Positions 53,247-63,931 of a stretch of 64,000 nucleotides of DNA are shown here, piece after piece. Made by a program: the position numbers and the translations under genes. The DNA comes from a virus (taxonomy: Duplodnaviria > Heunggongvirae > Uroviricota > Caudoviricetes). The notes below the pieces were generated by a model that was not told the origin of the DNA, ran no database searches, and saw only the letters and a program-made list of their open reading frames with translations. The DNA is taken from IMG/VR virus record IMGVR_UViG_3300033463_000001, positions 211,298 through 275,297 of that record; one strand, 5' to 3'. Each line of letters opens with the position of its first letter. The first letter of the stretch is position 1.

Positions 53247-56200
53247 ATGGCTGATAGCAAATATTCATTACTTCGCGGTTACGAATTTTGTGACCAAACG
53301 ACATTAGATGTTGCTCAAACGGTGAGAATGACCGTGCGGGCTCCTCATGTTGCGAATCGAATCTTCCAGACACTTGCACAGGCACAGGCATATGTGAATA
53401 TCTACGACGATACAGCTACCGCCGTACGTGGCCTCGTTCTATCGGTTTATGACGATGATATTTCTGCAGACAACAATGGACTGTACCTCGTAAAGAAAGT
53501 TAAAACCAACGCAAGTGATTCAGATGGTATCTTGCAGCCAATCGGTCGTAATGACTGCTGCCTGCCAACCATCGTGATTGCCGACTACAACACAGACCTT
53601 GACGACTATCATAACGACGACATCTATTTCTGTATCTTGTCTGGTTCTCCTGAGGTCGCCACAACAACGTATATCTTTATTGTAGACAATATGGAAAACC
53701 AACTACTTTGGTATAACAAAGGCTACGGTACGCGTTGGTATAATAGCGTTGATGGCGTGTGGAGCGCATGGAAATGGGTCACATACCTTGACAGCACACA
53801 CAAGCACGTTTCTGCTGATATCATCGACTCTTTGTCATCGCTTCCGTATCAGATTGGCGATGAGGAGAAATTAGTACAAGCACAGGCTATTCAATCCTAC
53901 CTTGACGGAATAGGTGCACAGGAGGTTCCTACAGTTGACCACATGTTGATTTACTGTGAGGATAACAAGACACTTATTGCGAAGGAGTTCATGCTTCCAT
54001 ATGTGTACGTTGTTGACAACATGGAAGATGAGCTGGCTTGTTTATCACCTGCCGGCGTCAGGACGGATACAGACCGTATATTGAAAGAATGGCGCGCGTA
54101 CTCCAACTCTCAGAACATGCCGGAATTCGGTGGAGGTGTATCATGGGATGCTGATGCATATACTCCTGTTGGTTACTGTCAGGGTTATGGCAATTGGACG
54201 GTTGAACCTCGTACGAAGGCCTTGATGAGCGGTGGGCAAATGGTTGAGACGAACGGTTACATGTCTCCTTCTCCATTTGCTGAGTTAAAACTGGAGGCTT
54301 ACGTTGGTTGCAGTGATAACACATCATCCAATATACAAAACGACCACTCTAGAGGCATCTGGGTTCTCAATATGAAGGACGCAACACCTGCTAGTGTTTC
54401 TGACGGCACGATTACCTATTACCGCAACACAATGTACGATAAGGAGAACAAGACAGTTAGTTCTCCATGGAAGGCGTGGGCGTCACTTCCGGATGCAAGC
54501 GGTATCACTCGTGTTATCTACGGTGGGCAAAGCAGCACAAATACAGTGAACGAGCATGGTACTAGTGGTCCTATCACGGCTATTAGTAACGCTTTCTATC
54601 AAGATGTGTTCCCGTCCGGTAATACATACTCGTTGTTTAGTGGTAGTTCGTATGAGGATAGGCATACGCCGATTTGTACCATAACAGGGACGGATATCAA
54701 CACATCTCTCAACATGGGCGCTAGCGGTACGATTAGTGCTATTGAGGTTGACATTGACAACTTCGCTATTTCGCGTAACTCAAAAACAATTACCGTTAAG
54801 AGCCATGTGTTTGATTTAGACTCGAAATTCGTTGGCCGTATCTATTGCGATGCAGAGGATAATAGGGGTTCACAAACAGTAGTTTCAACTGACGATGAGA
54901 ATGAGGACATGTCATTCGCACACACCATCATCAATGAGACAGAGGGTAAGACGGTTGTTCCGTTCAATGTAGACGCATTTACGAACGGACAGACATCTCT
55001 CGTAAAGAGCCTTGTTGAATACAAGAATGGTGTACTGAAATTGTCATTCAGTGACGTACAAACAGACCTGACGGCGAACCTTATCCCGCAACTTAACAAC
55101 AGCAGCAACGTTGAATACAACGGTGCCAGCATTACCATTGACTTTAACACAGAAAGTGTACGCATTGTTGATACTGACGGAAATATAACAACGAAAGCGC
55201 TCCCGGCTGATGGTAGTCTGTGGGACGACTTTAAGACTGGTGAAGAAGTGAATGTGATGTACGAGAACCGTGGTTGCAAGACCAGCGTGTTTAAGTCGAC
55301 AAACAGTTCAATTCCTCACAATATCATTCTGAATGTCAACGAGACGTCACCGCATATCACGTGGTTCAATGAAGAAACGTGGATGTACGAGACAGTTGTG
55401 ACTCCGAGACCTATTGACTATATGCACGGTTCTCATATGGCATATAACGACATTACCGGTACTCTGTGGTATAGTAATGGTACGGAGATATTCCCAATTG
55501 TCATCATGCCGAAACATCACACACATGTGTCGGCTGACATCATTGACTCTGTAAGTGCTATTACTGATGAGAATAGTGCGTCAACTTGCCTTGTTGAGAC
55601 ACGTGCAGTTTATAACTACATCGACAATACCATTCCGAAGGAGTATCACGAGTTGATTTACACAGAGGATGTTGTACATGAGATTCCTGGTGGTGGACAG
55701 GTTACTAAGAAAGAGTTGGTTCCAAGAGGATTCATGTATGATGGTGGTATATATGCAAATAACGAGAAGATTTACGTTGTTAATACAAAGAAAGACCTCG
55801 ATGATTGTAAGGGTGAACAGGTTGATGAGCCAGATATCCTGCAAGAATGGAGGCAGTTCTCATATTCTCAATATTCTCCAGAATACAACACTGGTAAAAA
55901 ACCACTAGATACTGGGTCTGACGGATTTGGTTATGGACGATGGGGCGGAGTTGCAGGACATCCTGGTATTATTACAAATCCAGTAAATTCATATGATTAC
56001 ATGGGCTATATTGATGAGTCAAGAGTTAAAAACTTATCAGTAGAGTCTGTAATTGGCTGCTCGTATGCACAAACAACTGGTGACCTCCTAGGATGTGCAC
56101 TTATCAATACTGACAATGCACAACCACGTCGTGTAGTAACTACTGGAGGTGATACGTATAACCGCGATACGCTCTATGACATTACATCCGGATATACAGC

Positions 56201-58241
56201 TAGCGCAAATACAGGAACATACGAAGCAGCTTGGGTTTGTGAGAAAAACGGTATAGCTTACGTAGTGTATAGTAAAGGCGGGCAAGGATATCCAACGGAA
56301 ACATGGCCTGATTCGTCTTCTACAATCTATAGAGCTGCTGGCACACAGGATAGTGCAAAGAGAAAAAGTGTATCGCCGACAGAAAATACTCTAGGAACAA
56401 GAACGGAGGTAAATCCAAGTGGTTATATCACAACATTAAATATAATGACCGTTAACTCAACTGACATTAGTTGGGGAAGTATTGGCAGTGGGTATGGTAG
56501 TACAGGTACTGTTTATGTGTTTACACAGGTATATTCTCTTGATTCAAGAGACGGAACGTATTATGACATGAACCTGAATACGTATTATCCGTTTAGTAAA
56601 AACCAGACTCGTGCAATTATTAACGGTAACTCAGGTAGAACAGGTTCTGATTCTGGAGCTATTATGGTTCCTTACGTATCAAACCTTGACCAGACTACCA
56701 AAGGCACTAGATACTCATTTATTAAGTCAAATGTAGTATTCGATGGTGATGTTCTACAAGTCGCATTTAGTGATGTTACATCTGGAAAAACAAGTGGTGG
56801 TACACTAGAGTCATACGATTCATTCCTGGATAAACACAGCAACAGTACTGACATGCCATATAATGGGTCTGTATTAACTATCAACTTACCTGAAAGGAAG
56901 TACACTCTCATTGGACGCAAAAATGATGATAACACACAAGAGAAATATGAAGATGTAGCACTTGGTAATATGGACGTAAATGTGTATAATCCAAGTACTA
57001 ACTCATATGACACTATCAATGTGCTCGACACATTCAGTGGGAACACGAAAATCATGTATTTTGCTCAATCAGAAGCATATTTAGCCATCAAGAGTAGTGC
57101 TGTTAAATTCCAGGATAGACTTATCATTGACCTTGGTAATGAAGAGGAGTCTAGGCCGTACGCAGTATGGAGATACAACCCTTCTACTAAAACATATGAC
57201 AATATAACCGAAAGTGATAACGTTCAGCCGCTTGATGTATTCCTTGGCTCACACATGGCGTACAATGATGTCACCGGAATTCTGTGGTATAGCAACGGTA
57301 GTGAGATTTACCCGCTTACACAGAAGATGACCATCGGAATGAGTGGTTACACCGCAACAGATGTTGGTGTACTCGATGGAAACTCTCTCATTAAGGAAAG
57401 TGATACACTGAGTGAGATTTTACAGCGCATATTGTTTAAGACGTTTGAGGCAGAACTGATATCTACACCGAAGATTCAACTATCAACAGCTGCAGGTGCA
57501 AGCGCATTTGACACATACGAAGCATATTCAACTGTCAATACTACGTTGGCCATTGCGTATACTGACGCTAAATTCAAGTCATATATCAATGCGTCTACTC
57601 ATACTACAATCGATGGTGGATGCCCGCGTAAAAACACCACATTTACATATGGTTCAAACACGAATACAACGTCAGGCACAACGGCTTCAGTTAACATTAC
57701 ATTGGGAGACCATGCAACCACTGTTCTTTGTTCGGCACAGACACAATATGGTGCATCAACCGTATATCCGAAGAACTCTGATGGCCAGCAAAACACAGGA
57801 ATAACAGTTGCATCCGGCTCGTGCTCTGATTCAAGCGCGAACTATACATTCAAGGCTTCATACAAATACTTTATTGGTTATAAATCTGATGCTGACTTTG
57901 CTGGAGCAACTGACTGGTCTGCATTCGTAAGAGGACTCAGTGAGCATACTGGTTTCGTAACAAAAACAAAGGGTAGTTACGAAGGTGGTGAGTTACTTAC
58001 AACTAAAGATGCAATTTATACTGCAACTAAATATTGGTTGGTAATTGCTTTCCCGTATAATGGTAGTTATAAATATAAACCGCGCGTATGGGCAGACCTT
58101 GGAACTGAGTACTCGGAGGTGCGTAATTTCGGCGATAAGTCAGTGAAGTTGGGTGATGGTACAACAACCGCAACATACAGAATATACCGTATCGCAATCA
58201 ATAATGCGAAATACAAGAATATTACAATACAAGCAGATTAA
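53247..58241 (+). CDS. giant tail fibre protein (1664 aa) built from two duplicated ~450 aa units
   Basis: Internal repeats (HKHVSADIIDSLSS.../HHTHVSADIIDSVSA...; EWRAYSNSQNMPEFGGG/EWRQFSYSQYSPEYNTG; HMAYNDITGTLWYSNGTEIFPI/HMAYNDVTGILWYSNGSEIYPL). N-terminus paralogous to 58251. Confidence 0.65.
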   Translation: MADSKYSLLRGYEFCDQTTLDVAQTVRMTVRAPHVANRIFQTLAQAQAYVNIYDDTATAVRGLVLSVYDDDISADNNGLYLVKKVKTNASDSDGILQPIGRNDCCLPTIVIADYNTDLDDYHNDDIYFCILSGSPEVATTTYIFIVDNMENQLLWYNKGYGTRWYNSVDGVWSAWKWVTYLDSTHKHVSADIIDSLSSLPYQIGDEEKLVQAQAIQSYLDGIGAQEVPTVDHMLIYCEDNKTLIAKEFMLPYVYVVDNMEDELACLSPAGVRTDTDRILKEWRAYSNSQNMPEFGGGVSWDADAYTPVGYCQGYGNWTVEPRTKALMSGGQMVETNGYMSPSPFAELKLEAYVGCSDNTSSNIQNDHSRGIWVLNMKDATPASVSDGTITYYRNTMYDKENKTVSSPWKAWASLPDASGITRVIYGGQSSTNTVNEHGTSGPITAISNAFYQDVFPSGNTYSLFSGSSYEDRHTPICTITGTDINTSLNMGASGTISAIEVDIDNFAISRNSKTITVKSHVFDLDSKFVGRIYCDAEDNRGSQTVVSTDDENEDMSFAHTIINETEGKTVVPFNVDAFTNGQTSLVKSLVEYKNGVLKLSFSDVQTDLTANLIPQLNNSSNVEYNGASITIDFNTESVRIVDTDGNITTKALPADGSLWDDFKTGEEVNVMYENRGCKTSVFKSTNSSIPHNIILNVNETSPHITWFNEETWMYETVVTPRPIDYMHGSHMAYNDITGTLWYSNGTEIFPIVIMPKHHTHVSADIIDSVSAITDENSASTCLVETRAVYNYIDNTIPKEYHELIYTEDVVHEIPGGGQVTKKELVPRGFMYDGGIYANNEKIYVVNTKKDLDDCKGEQVDEPDILQEWRQFSYSQYSPEYNTGKKPLDTGSDGFGYGRWGGVAGHPGIITNPVNSYDYMGYIDESRVKNLSVESVIGCSYAQTTGDLLGCALINTDNAQPRRVVTTGGDTYNRDTLYDITSGYTASANTGTYEAAWVCEKNGIAYVVYSKGGQGYPTETWPDSSSTIYRAAGTQDSAKRKSVSPTENTLGTRTEVNPSGYITTLNIMTVNSTDISWGSIGSGYGSTGTVYVFTQVYSLDSRDGTYYDMNLNTYYPFSKNQTRAIINGNSGRTGSDSGAIMVPYVSNLDQTTKGTRYSFIKSNVVFDGDVLQVAFSDVTSGKTSGGTLESYDSFLDKHSNSTDMPYNGSVLTINLPERKYTLIGRKNDDNTQEKYEDVALGNMDVNVYNPSTNSYDTINVLDTFSGNTKIMYFAQSEAYLAIKSSAVKFQDRLIIDLGNEEESRPYAVWRYNPSTKTYDNITESDNVQPLDVFLGSHMAYNDVTGILWYSNGSEIYPLTQKMTIGMSGYTATDVGVLDGNSLIKESDTLSEILQRILFKTFEAELISTPKIQLSTAAGASAFDTYEAYSTVNTTLAIAYTDAKFKSYINASTHTTIDGGCPRKNTTFTYGSNTNTTSGTTASVNITLGDHATTVLCSAQTQYGASTVYPKNSDGQQNTGITVASGSCSDSSANYTFKASYKYFIGYKSDADFAGATDWSAFVRGLSEHTGFVTKTKGSYEGGELLTTKDAIYTATKYWLVIAFPYNGSYKYKPRVWADLGTEYSEVRNFGDKSVKLGDGTTTATYRIYRIAINNAKYKNITIQAD

Positions 58242-58250
58242 TAGCAAGTT

Positions 58251-60221
58251 ATGGCAGTAGATAATTCATATGGAGTTTATAGTGGTGTTACTGAAGGTTA
58301 TATCATTCAAAACCAAGGTAATACACCATGGGCGCAGACGTTTAGGATGACTATCCAGGCACCGGCTATTGCGAACCGTATCTTTGATACCAAGGCACAC
58401 GCAGAGGCTTTTATTAACGATAGTGCGACAACGGCAAGTGCTGTCGTTGGCCTTGTGTTGTCTGTGATTGGTGATTCAGACGAGGGAAATAACTGCATTT
58501 GGCGTGTTAAATCTGTCTATAATCCAACAACACATGCACTTGGTGAATTGGAGAAGGTAGGAACATCATTGCCTGCTGTACAACATGAGCTGATTTACTC
58601 TGACGACAATAAAACGCACACAACAAAACAGTTGATGTATGAGGAAGGTATTGTTGTTGATAACCCAACCGATTTAGCATTTTGTAAAGGACAAAATGAT
58701 TTCTCATTCCTTGAAGTTAAAGACACCTGGCCAACCGAGGTTATTTCCGATACTACTTCTGATATTTCAAGCGAAGGAATGCTAGAGCCAGGTGGAATTA
58801 CAGTACCATCCAACGCATTTTGGTATTACAATGAAACAGAACACACGTTAGATGCAAAATTTAACGATGATTCATATTCAAGGTTAGCTTTTTTACACGA
58901 CCCAAGTGGTGTTACTGATATGTATCACGATGCTCTCTATGGTTTTTACGACAATATAAGCACAAATGATACTATAGGGTGTAGTTTTATTGGTTTTGGC
59001 ACAACACCAATCCAAAGAGAGGGAGATGCAACACCATGGCTACCAACAGTAACACTAACCTTTAATATTGACCCGAAATATAAAAACAATACGTTTACTG
59101 CATGTAATATGGGATTTGGTGTGCGAAAACGCAAGGTAATATGGACTGATAAACGTAGCAAATATGTAGACAGGACTGCTCCATACGGGTTTGGAATTAT
59201 TGGAAGTTCTGGGTCTGAAGTTGTATCTGGAACTAGTGTAGAATATGGAAAATGCGTCGTTAAAAACACATCACTTATTAACCAACCATGGCATAGCTCA
59301 TACTACGGACCTTCCTATGTACGCGTTGTAACAGAAAAAAAAGGTGGCGTAATCACATGGACTTTTTCACAAATTGTCACATCACCAACAACAATACCAG
59401 ACTTAATTAATGGTACAAAAGTACAAATTGACCTGGTAAATTATAAAGTACGGTATATTCAAGCCTCTTTGTCTGGATGGAAAGAATTTACTGTTGGCGA
59501 CGAATATCATCAATTTTTTGATATTCTTCGTAATGATGCTCATTTTGCGTTTCACCAATCATCAACAGAATATGGACGTGTGTATAATGTTTCGTTGATT
59601 GACCATAGATTAATTCTTGATATTGATACTGAACAAGTATGGAAAAATACAGATGGCACTTGGTCTATTGAGACTGGAAAATATCCTAGGGAATTATTTA
59701 CTGGTTCTAGGCTTAATTATAATGACAAGACAAAAAAGCTATGGTATTCTAGTGGGCGACAGATATATGAGATAGGTAGTTCTGGAGCAACACCTGTTGA
59801 TGTTAGTGGTTATTTACCATTGTCAGGTGGAACAATGACAGGAACCATCCTAGCAGATGACACTGGTACGGCTCCAGACATTGGTAGTAGTACTGCTCCA
59901 TTCGGTAATATGTATGCCGGCGCATTCTATCAAACGTCAGATAGAAATAAAAAGGATATTATTTCACCGATATCGCTTGAGAAGGCATACGATGCTATTT
60001 GTGGATGTAATGCTGTACTATACACACTCAAAGATGATATAACAAAGCGAGAGCAAATCGGTCTTATTGCACAGGAAGTAGAGAAGTTCTTCCCGGAGCT
60101 TGTTATGACTGATGAAAATGGTGTTAAATCACTTGATTATGCTCGCCTGACCGTGTTGACGTTTAGTGTGTTGAAAGATTTGATTGGGCGCGTAAATGCA
60201 CTAGAAAATAAAACTGTGTAA
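58251..60221 (+). CDS. tail fibre/tailspike with C-terminal intramolecular chaperone (peptidase S74-like) domain
   Basis: N-terminus RMTIQAPAIANRIFDT...GLVLSV matches 53247 (RMTVRAPHVANRIFQT...GLVLSV). C-terminus LPLSGGTMTGT...SDRNKKDI...IGLIAQEVEKFFPELV...DYARLTVLTFSVLKDLIGRVNALE is the autoproteolytic chaperone signature. Confidence 0.75.
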   Translation: MAVDNSYGVYSGVTEGYIIQNQGNTPWAQTFRMTIQAPAIANRIFDTKAHAEAFINDSATTASAVVGLVLSVIGDSDEGNNCIWRVKSVYNPTTHALGELEKVGTSLPAVQHELIYSDDNKTHTTKQLMYEEGIVVDNPTDLAFCKGQNDFSFLEVKDTWPTEVISDTTSDISSEGMLEPGGITVPSNAFWYYNETEHTLDAKFNDDSYSRLAFLHDPSGVTDMYHDALYGFYDNISTNDTIGCSFIGFGTTPIQREGDATPWLPTVTLTFNIDPKYKNNTFTACNMGFGVRKRKVIWTDKRSKYVDRTAPYGFGIIGSSGSEVVSGTSVEYGKCVVKNTSLINQPWHSSYYGPSYVRVVTEKKGGVITWTFSQIVTSPTTIPDLINGTKVQIDLVNYKVRYIQASLSGWKEFTVGDEYHQFFDILRNDAHFAFHQSSTEYGRVYNVSLIDHRLILDIDTEQVWKNTDGTWSIETGKYPRELFTGSRLNYNDKTKKLWYSSGRQIYEIGSSGATPVDVSGYLPLSGGTMTGTILADDTGTAPDIGSSTAPFGNMYAGAFYQTSDRNKKDIISPISLEKAYDAICGCNAVLYTLKDDITKREQIGLIAQEVEKFFPELVMTDENGVKSLDYARLTVLTFSVLKDLIGRVNALENKTV

Positions 60222-61375
60222 TGTCAAGAGCTTCTAGTGGAATATCAACAATTGAGGATGCCTGGAAATATGCGGCAGAGGAAGAGGAACGTCCTTCCGG
60301 GTTAACCACAGACTATCCAGACAATCGATGCTTACCAAACGTGGCAAGCATCCTTTCCTTGTGTAATGTTTCCATTCGCACAGGTGTAACATATGAAACA
60401 AACCAACTTGTTAAGTATGAAGATTTGTTAGTCGCGCCGCGAGATTTGAAGTTTAAGATTATCGGACAAACAAACCAACTTGGTACAACTGTGGATGTTC
60501 TACCGTCGTTTATCACTTCAATGGAAATTAATGATGGCGCAATCACGCCAAGTAATATCTACAACTCTGCAACTAAAGAATATACTTTAACGAATTTCCA
60601 AAATACACGTATACATCTTGAGATAGAGGCAGAATATGCAACGCAGTCGATAACATATAGGAAAGAAGACAACGAATATACATTCAAGGCGTTGAATGGT
60701 AGTACAATTTATCTAATGAATGTGGATAGCCCTCCGTGTACACAATTGAAATACACATGGAAAGTTGCAAGTCGTGATATTGACTTGAATTTCTTTGTTA
60801 TCAAAAAAAGTGGAGATACGTATACAACACTAGGCATGTTTGGATATGACGAAAATGCTAGTAGTCATGCTGATTATTGGCCAGTTAGGTCAAATGGGAC
60901 ATTGGCTCCTGGTGTCGATACAATTCCATCTGGTGACACATATGATTTGTGTTTATCACTGGATGTGGATGACACCGGAAGTGGAAACTGGGTAGAAGTT
61001 TTAACAATTTATCCTATTGGAAAAACATGGGCGCAATTAATGCAAGAATATAATTTTGTATATGCTGCAATTGATTATCGTGGCGAACATGGAATGTCTG
61101 GTATGACTGCAACTGCACGTAGTGACGCAGACCCAAGTATTCAAGAAGAATTTCAAATAGAACCACCTGATGGTGTTACATTTGACAATATTAATGCTTG
61201 GTTAATTTGTCGTTTTGGTGTATCCACAAATGGCCGTGTTGTTGAATACAGAGGTGATGATAATAAAAGTATTGTTTATAGTGGTAACAATAACATCACA
61301 GTTGATGCGGACGTAAGTAAAGTTGGCACATCACTACTACTTAAAAAGGGTTCTTCATGGACACCATCATCATAA
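60221..61375 (+). CDS. hypothetical virion/fibre-associated protein (384 aa)
   Basis: ORF; start overlaps the upstream stop (TAATG). Last gene of the + strand fibre block. Confidence 0.5.
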   Translation: MSRASSGISTIEDAWKYAAEEEERPSGLTTDYPDNRCLPNVASILSLCNVSIRTGVTYETNQLVKYEDLLVAPRDLKFKIIGQTNQLGTTVDVLPSFITSMEINDGAITPSNIYNSATKEYTLTNFQNTRIHLEIEAEYATQSITYRKEDNEYTFKALNGSTIYLMNVDSPPCTQLKYTWKVASRDIDLNFFVIKKSGDTYTTLGMFGYDENASSHADYWPVRSNGTLAPGVDTIPSGDTYDLCLSLDVDDTGSGNWVEVLTIYPIGKTWAQLMQEYNFVYAAIDYRGEHGMSGMTATARSDADPSIQEEFQIEPPDGVTFDNINAWLICRFGVSTNGRVVEYRGDDNKSIVYSGNNNITVDADVSKVGTSLLLKKGSSWTPSS

Positions 61376-61382
61376 ACAAAAA

Positions 61383-61414
61383 AAGCGGGCTACAATAGCT
61401 CGCTTTCTTTTTCT
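61383..61414. terminator. bidirectional Rho-independent terminator
   Basis: AAAAAA-AGCGGGCT-acaat-AGCTCGCT-TTCTTTTTCTC (one G-U wobble) between convergent genes. Confidence 0.6.
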
Positions 61415-61416
61415 CA

Positions 61417-61716
61417 TTATCGCGTTGGATAGATAATCACCACACTATCATTTGTCGTTACGGTTTGAACTGTACTGTCTTTGCGAAGTAAATGGAATGT
61501 TCCACCGCGCACGCCGGTTATCTTAACACTATCGGCCTTAAACACTGTATCATTCCCATGAATAATGTACATACTAACCAAATCGGTCTGTTCTCTACGC
61601 GAAATGTGATTGTGCTGACAGTTGAGTGTTAAAAGCCCAACTACAATCGCAAAAATCGTCGCAAAGCATGCAAACACCGAGATGGCAACCGTGGTTGATA
61701 CAGTACGTCTTATCAT
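61417..61716 (-). CDS. small membrane protein (99 aa)
   Basis: N-terminal helix VAISVFACFATIFAIVVGLLTL. Confidence 0.45.
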   Translation of the reverse strand: MIRRTVSTTVAISVFACFATIFAIVVGLLTLNCQHNHISRREQTDLVSMYIIHGNDTVFKADSVKITGVRGGTFHLLRKDSTVQTVTTNDSVVIIYPTR

Positions 61717-62693
61717 AATGTGACAGGTTTTACTTCGATACCATCAACATGGAATGCGGAACCATATTTCTCCAGGTCAACCTTAGCAGCCAACTTGTGC
61801 CCACCTAGTCCAAATTGAGTGGCTATTTTCGATAGGTCTAATTCATCACCAATCGCACGCAGTGAACCTCCGTCAGGCTCTGAAATCAAGATGAAATCTT
61901 CTTCCGGATGCGTTTCTCTCAATATCTGTGCAATCAACGACTGGTAATAGTTTCCATCCTCGCAGTAGATAAAGGATAAACGTCCATATGCCTCTGTATC
62001 AACCCAGCCTGTTTTCTTTCCGCGAATAACATTAACGATAGTCATGAGTTGTTTATCGTTGTATTTGCGAATACGGTTCATATCCGTCTTTGAGAACATA
62101 TGCGGCTCAGAACCGGATAGATAAGCCATAATATTACTTTCAAATCTGCTCGTAGATAGCATTCCATTTGCATTTGAAAGCAGTAACGGTTTGTTTTTGT
62201 ACAAATACGTTCTATCGTACTTATCCGGGTTCGTCCATGTCCACAAATCCCACTGGTTTACCAAATCCAAATATGATTTAACACGGCGATGAACATAGTG
62301 ACGTTCGTAGTAATCGGTAGGTGCGTTTTTCAAAAGCATTTCAAAGAGAAGAACAGCGCCACACTTATCACCATCAGCAACGCAGTTACAGTGGTGACCC
62401 TTCCACGGTAAGAAGATGTCATTCATCCATGTTGACGTCATATGGTGGTCTGCGATGAATACCTCGTGCTTTGACAAAAGCTCAATAGTAATATCAGAGC
62501 ATTCCTGTGAGTATGATATATCAGATATCAGCACACGAGCGGAGTGGTGATGTTTAGCCAACTCCTCTCGCATGATATCGTTAACCTCGTGATAGTTGCA
62601 GTAGAACACCTTTACGTTTGGGTAAAAGAGTTTTGCGACAATCGCGCACGATATACCATCAAGGTCTGTGTGTGTAAATAATAGTGTTTTCAT
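61713..62693 (-). CDS. DHH-DHHA1 family phosphoesterase (NrnA/oligoribonuclease-like)
   Basis: Motifs HTDLDGISCA (DxD), LISDIS, FIADHHM (DHH) and C-terminal FGLGGHKLAAK (GGGH-like DHHA1). Likely start MKTLLFTHTDLDG; the ORF track's 62792 start adds a 33 aa extension. Confidence 0.7.
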   Translation of the reverse strand: MKTLLFTHTDLDGISCAIVAKLFYPNVKVFYCNYHEVNDIMREELAKHHHSARVLISDISYSQECSDITIELLSKHEVFIADHHMTSTWMNDIFLPWKGHHCNCVADGDKCGAVLLFEMLLKNAPTDYYERHYVHRRVKSYLDLVNQWDLWTWTNPDKYDRTYLYKNKPLLLSNANGMLSTSRFESNIMAYLSGSEPHMFSKTDMNRIRKYNDKQLMTIVNVIRGKKTGWVDTEAYGRLSFIYCEDGNYYQSLIAQILRETHPEEDFILISEPDGGSLRAIGDELDLSKIATQFGLGGHKLAAKVDLEKYGSAFHVDGIEVKPVTL

Positions 62694-62833
62694 ATTAAAT
62701 TGGTTCGGCTGTACCGCAATCTCTATCGCATCCTTCGTTCCATGCGTCTTTGATGACGTGTCTATCCCAGAAGCATTGGAGCTCGCGGCCAACCAACATT
62801 GTATCAGGACATATACGACAGTGGCTTTTCATA

Positions 62834-63931
62834 TTACTCCTGTGCGAATAAACTAATAAGCGTGTCTTTCTCCGGTGCTGTCAAGTCAACTGCAACATCC
62901 TCACCTTCCTCTGCCTGGTGCATTCCGCATTCCTTCAGCAAAGTTTCCATGTCGATGACATGTTTCAGACGGTATGCAAGCGACAGTGTCAGCTCCGCAC
63001 GGTACTTCGACGGGATGCGCGTGTTACCAGATGCGATATTGGTAATATACAGGATGCTGTCCTTGATAATACCAATATTCATGGTGCGTTCATCCGCAGT
63101 CAACTCCGCGTCGATGATGATGTGGTTCGGATTGCAGGTATAGTTGCGCGAAAGAGTATCAACTTCCTCGTTCGTGAAGAACACCCTAAACATAGAGTTC
63201 GGGCGACCATGGTACATACTTACTGAAAGTACAGAATCCGGCATTTCTACCTTATTGCAGTAGATGAGTTCTGTAGCCTCAGGGTCTGCATTAGTCATAT
63301 CACCTGAATAGATATACCCAGGATTGTTCATATCATACTTGTGGTAGTAACCAGCGTTCCAACCGATATGATTACCCTTAGTGTCATGGAGGTGTAAGTC
63401 AAAGTCATGTGCTCCCCACTCGTTGCGCCAGTATATACCGATGATGTTAGCTCCGGCACCGTTAATGCTGGTTCCAATCGGGTAGTTACCGATGAAATTT
63501 TTCTCCGACGTAGGAGCTGCTACCTTCACAAGTGGATTGACGCGATAAGCCTTAGACGGAAGTTTCTCAATGTTCTTAGTGAGAACTGTCTTAATATAGC
63601 CTATCAAGAAGGCCTCAAGACTTTCATACCACAAGTCGTTAAACTCTTCCGGTTGGTAGTTGGTATCCACAAATAACTTACCGTTACGAATGAGATAGGA
63701 TTTCGTAGTATTCTCGTCCTCTACACGGTGCATAGATGCGCGCAACTCATTCAAGAGTGCAATTGCCTTGTACACAGTAAGAGAAGGAAGGTGTGCCTCC
63801 ATATCCTCGTAGCTTGCCGGGAATGCAATGATGTTCTGCCAGAATCCTGGCTTCATCGGCTTGTGCATAGTCTTTGCATAGCGGCGAATAACGTTCACAG
63901 GGTGTACGTTAGCCTTCGATGCGCGTCTCAT
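62834..63931 (-). CDS. hypothetical protein (365 aa)
   Basis: Long ORF at the window end; no motif recognised. Confidence 0.45.
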   Translation of the reverse strand: MRRASKANVHPVNVIRRYAKTMHKPMKPGFWQNIIAFPASYEDMEAHLPSLTVYKAIALLNELRASMHRVEDENTTKSYLIRNGKLFVDTNYQPEEFNDLWYESLEAFLIGYIKTVLTKNIEKLPSKAYRVNPLVKVAAPTSEKNFIGNYPIGTSINGAGANIIGIYWRNEWGAHDFDLHLHDTKGNHIGWNAGYYHKYDMNNPGYIYSGDMTNADPEATELIYCNKVEMPDSVLSVSMYHGRPNSMFRVFFTNEEVDTLSRNYTCNPNHIIIDAELTADERTMNIGIIKDSILYITNIASGNTRIPSKYRAELTLSLAYRLKHVIDMETLLKECGMHQAEEGEDVAVDLTAPEKDTLISLFAQE

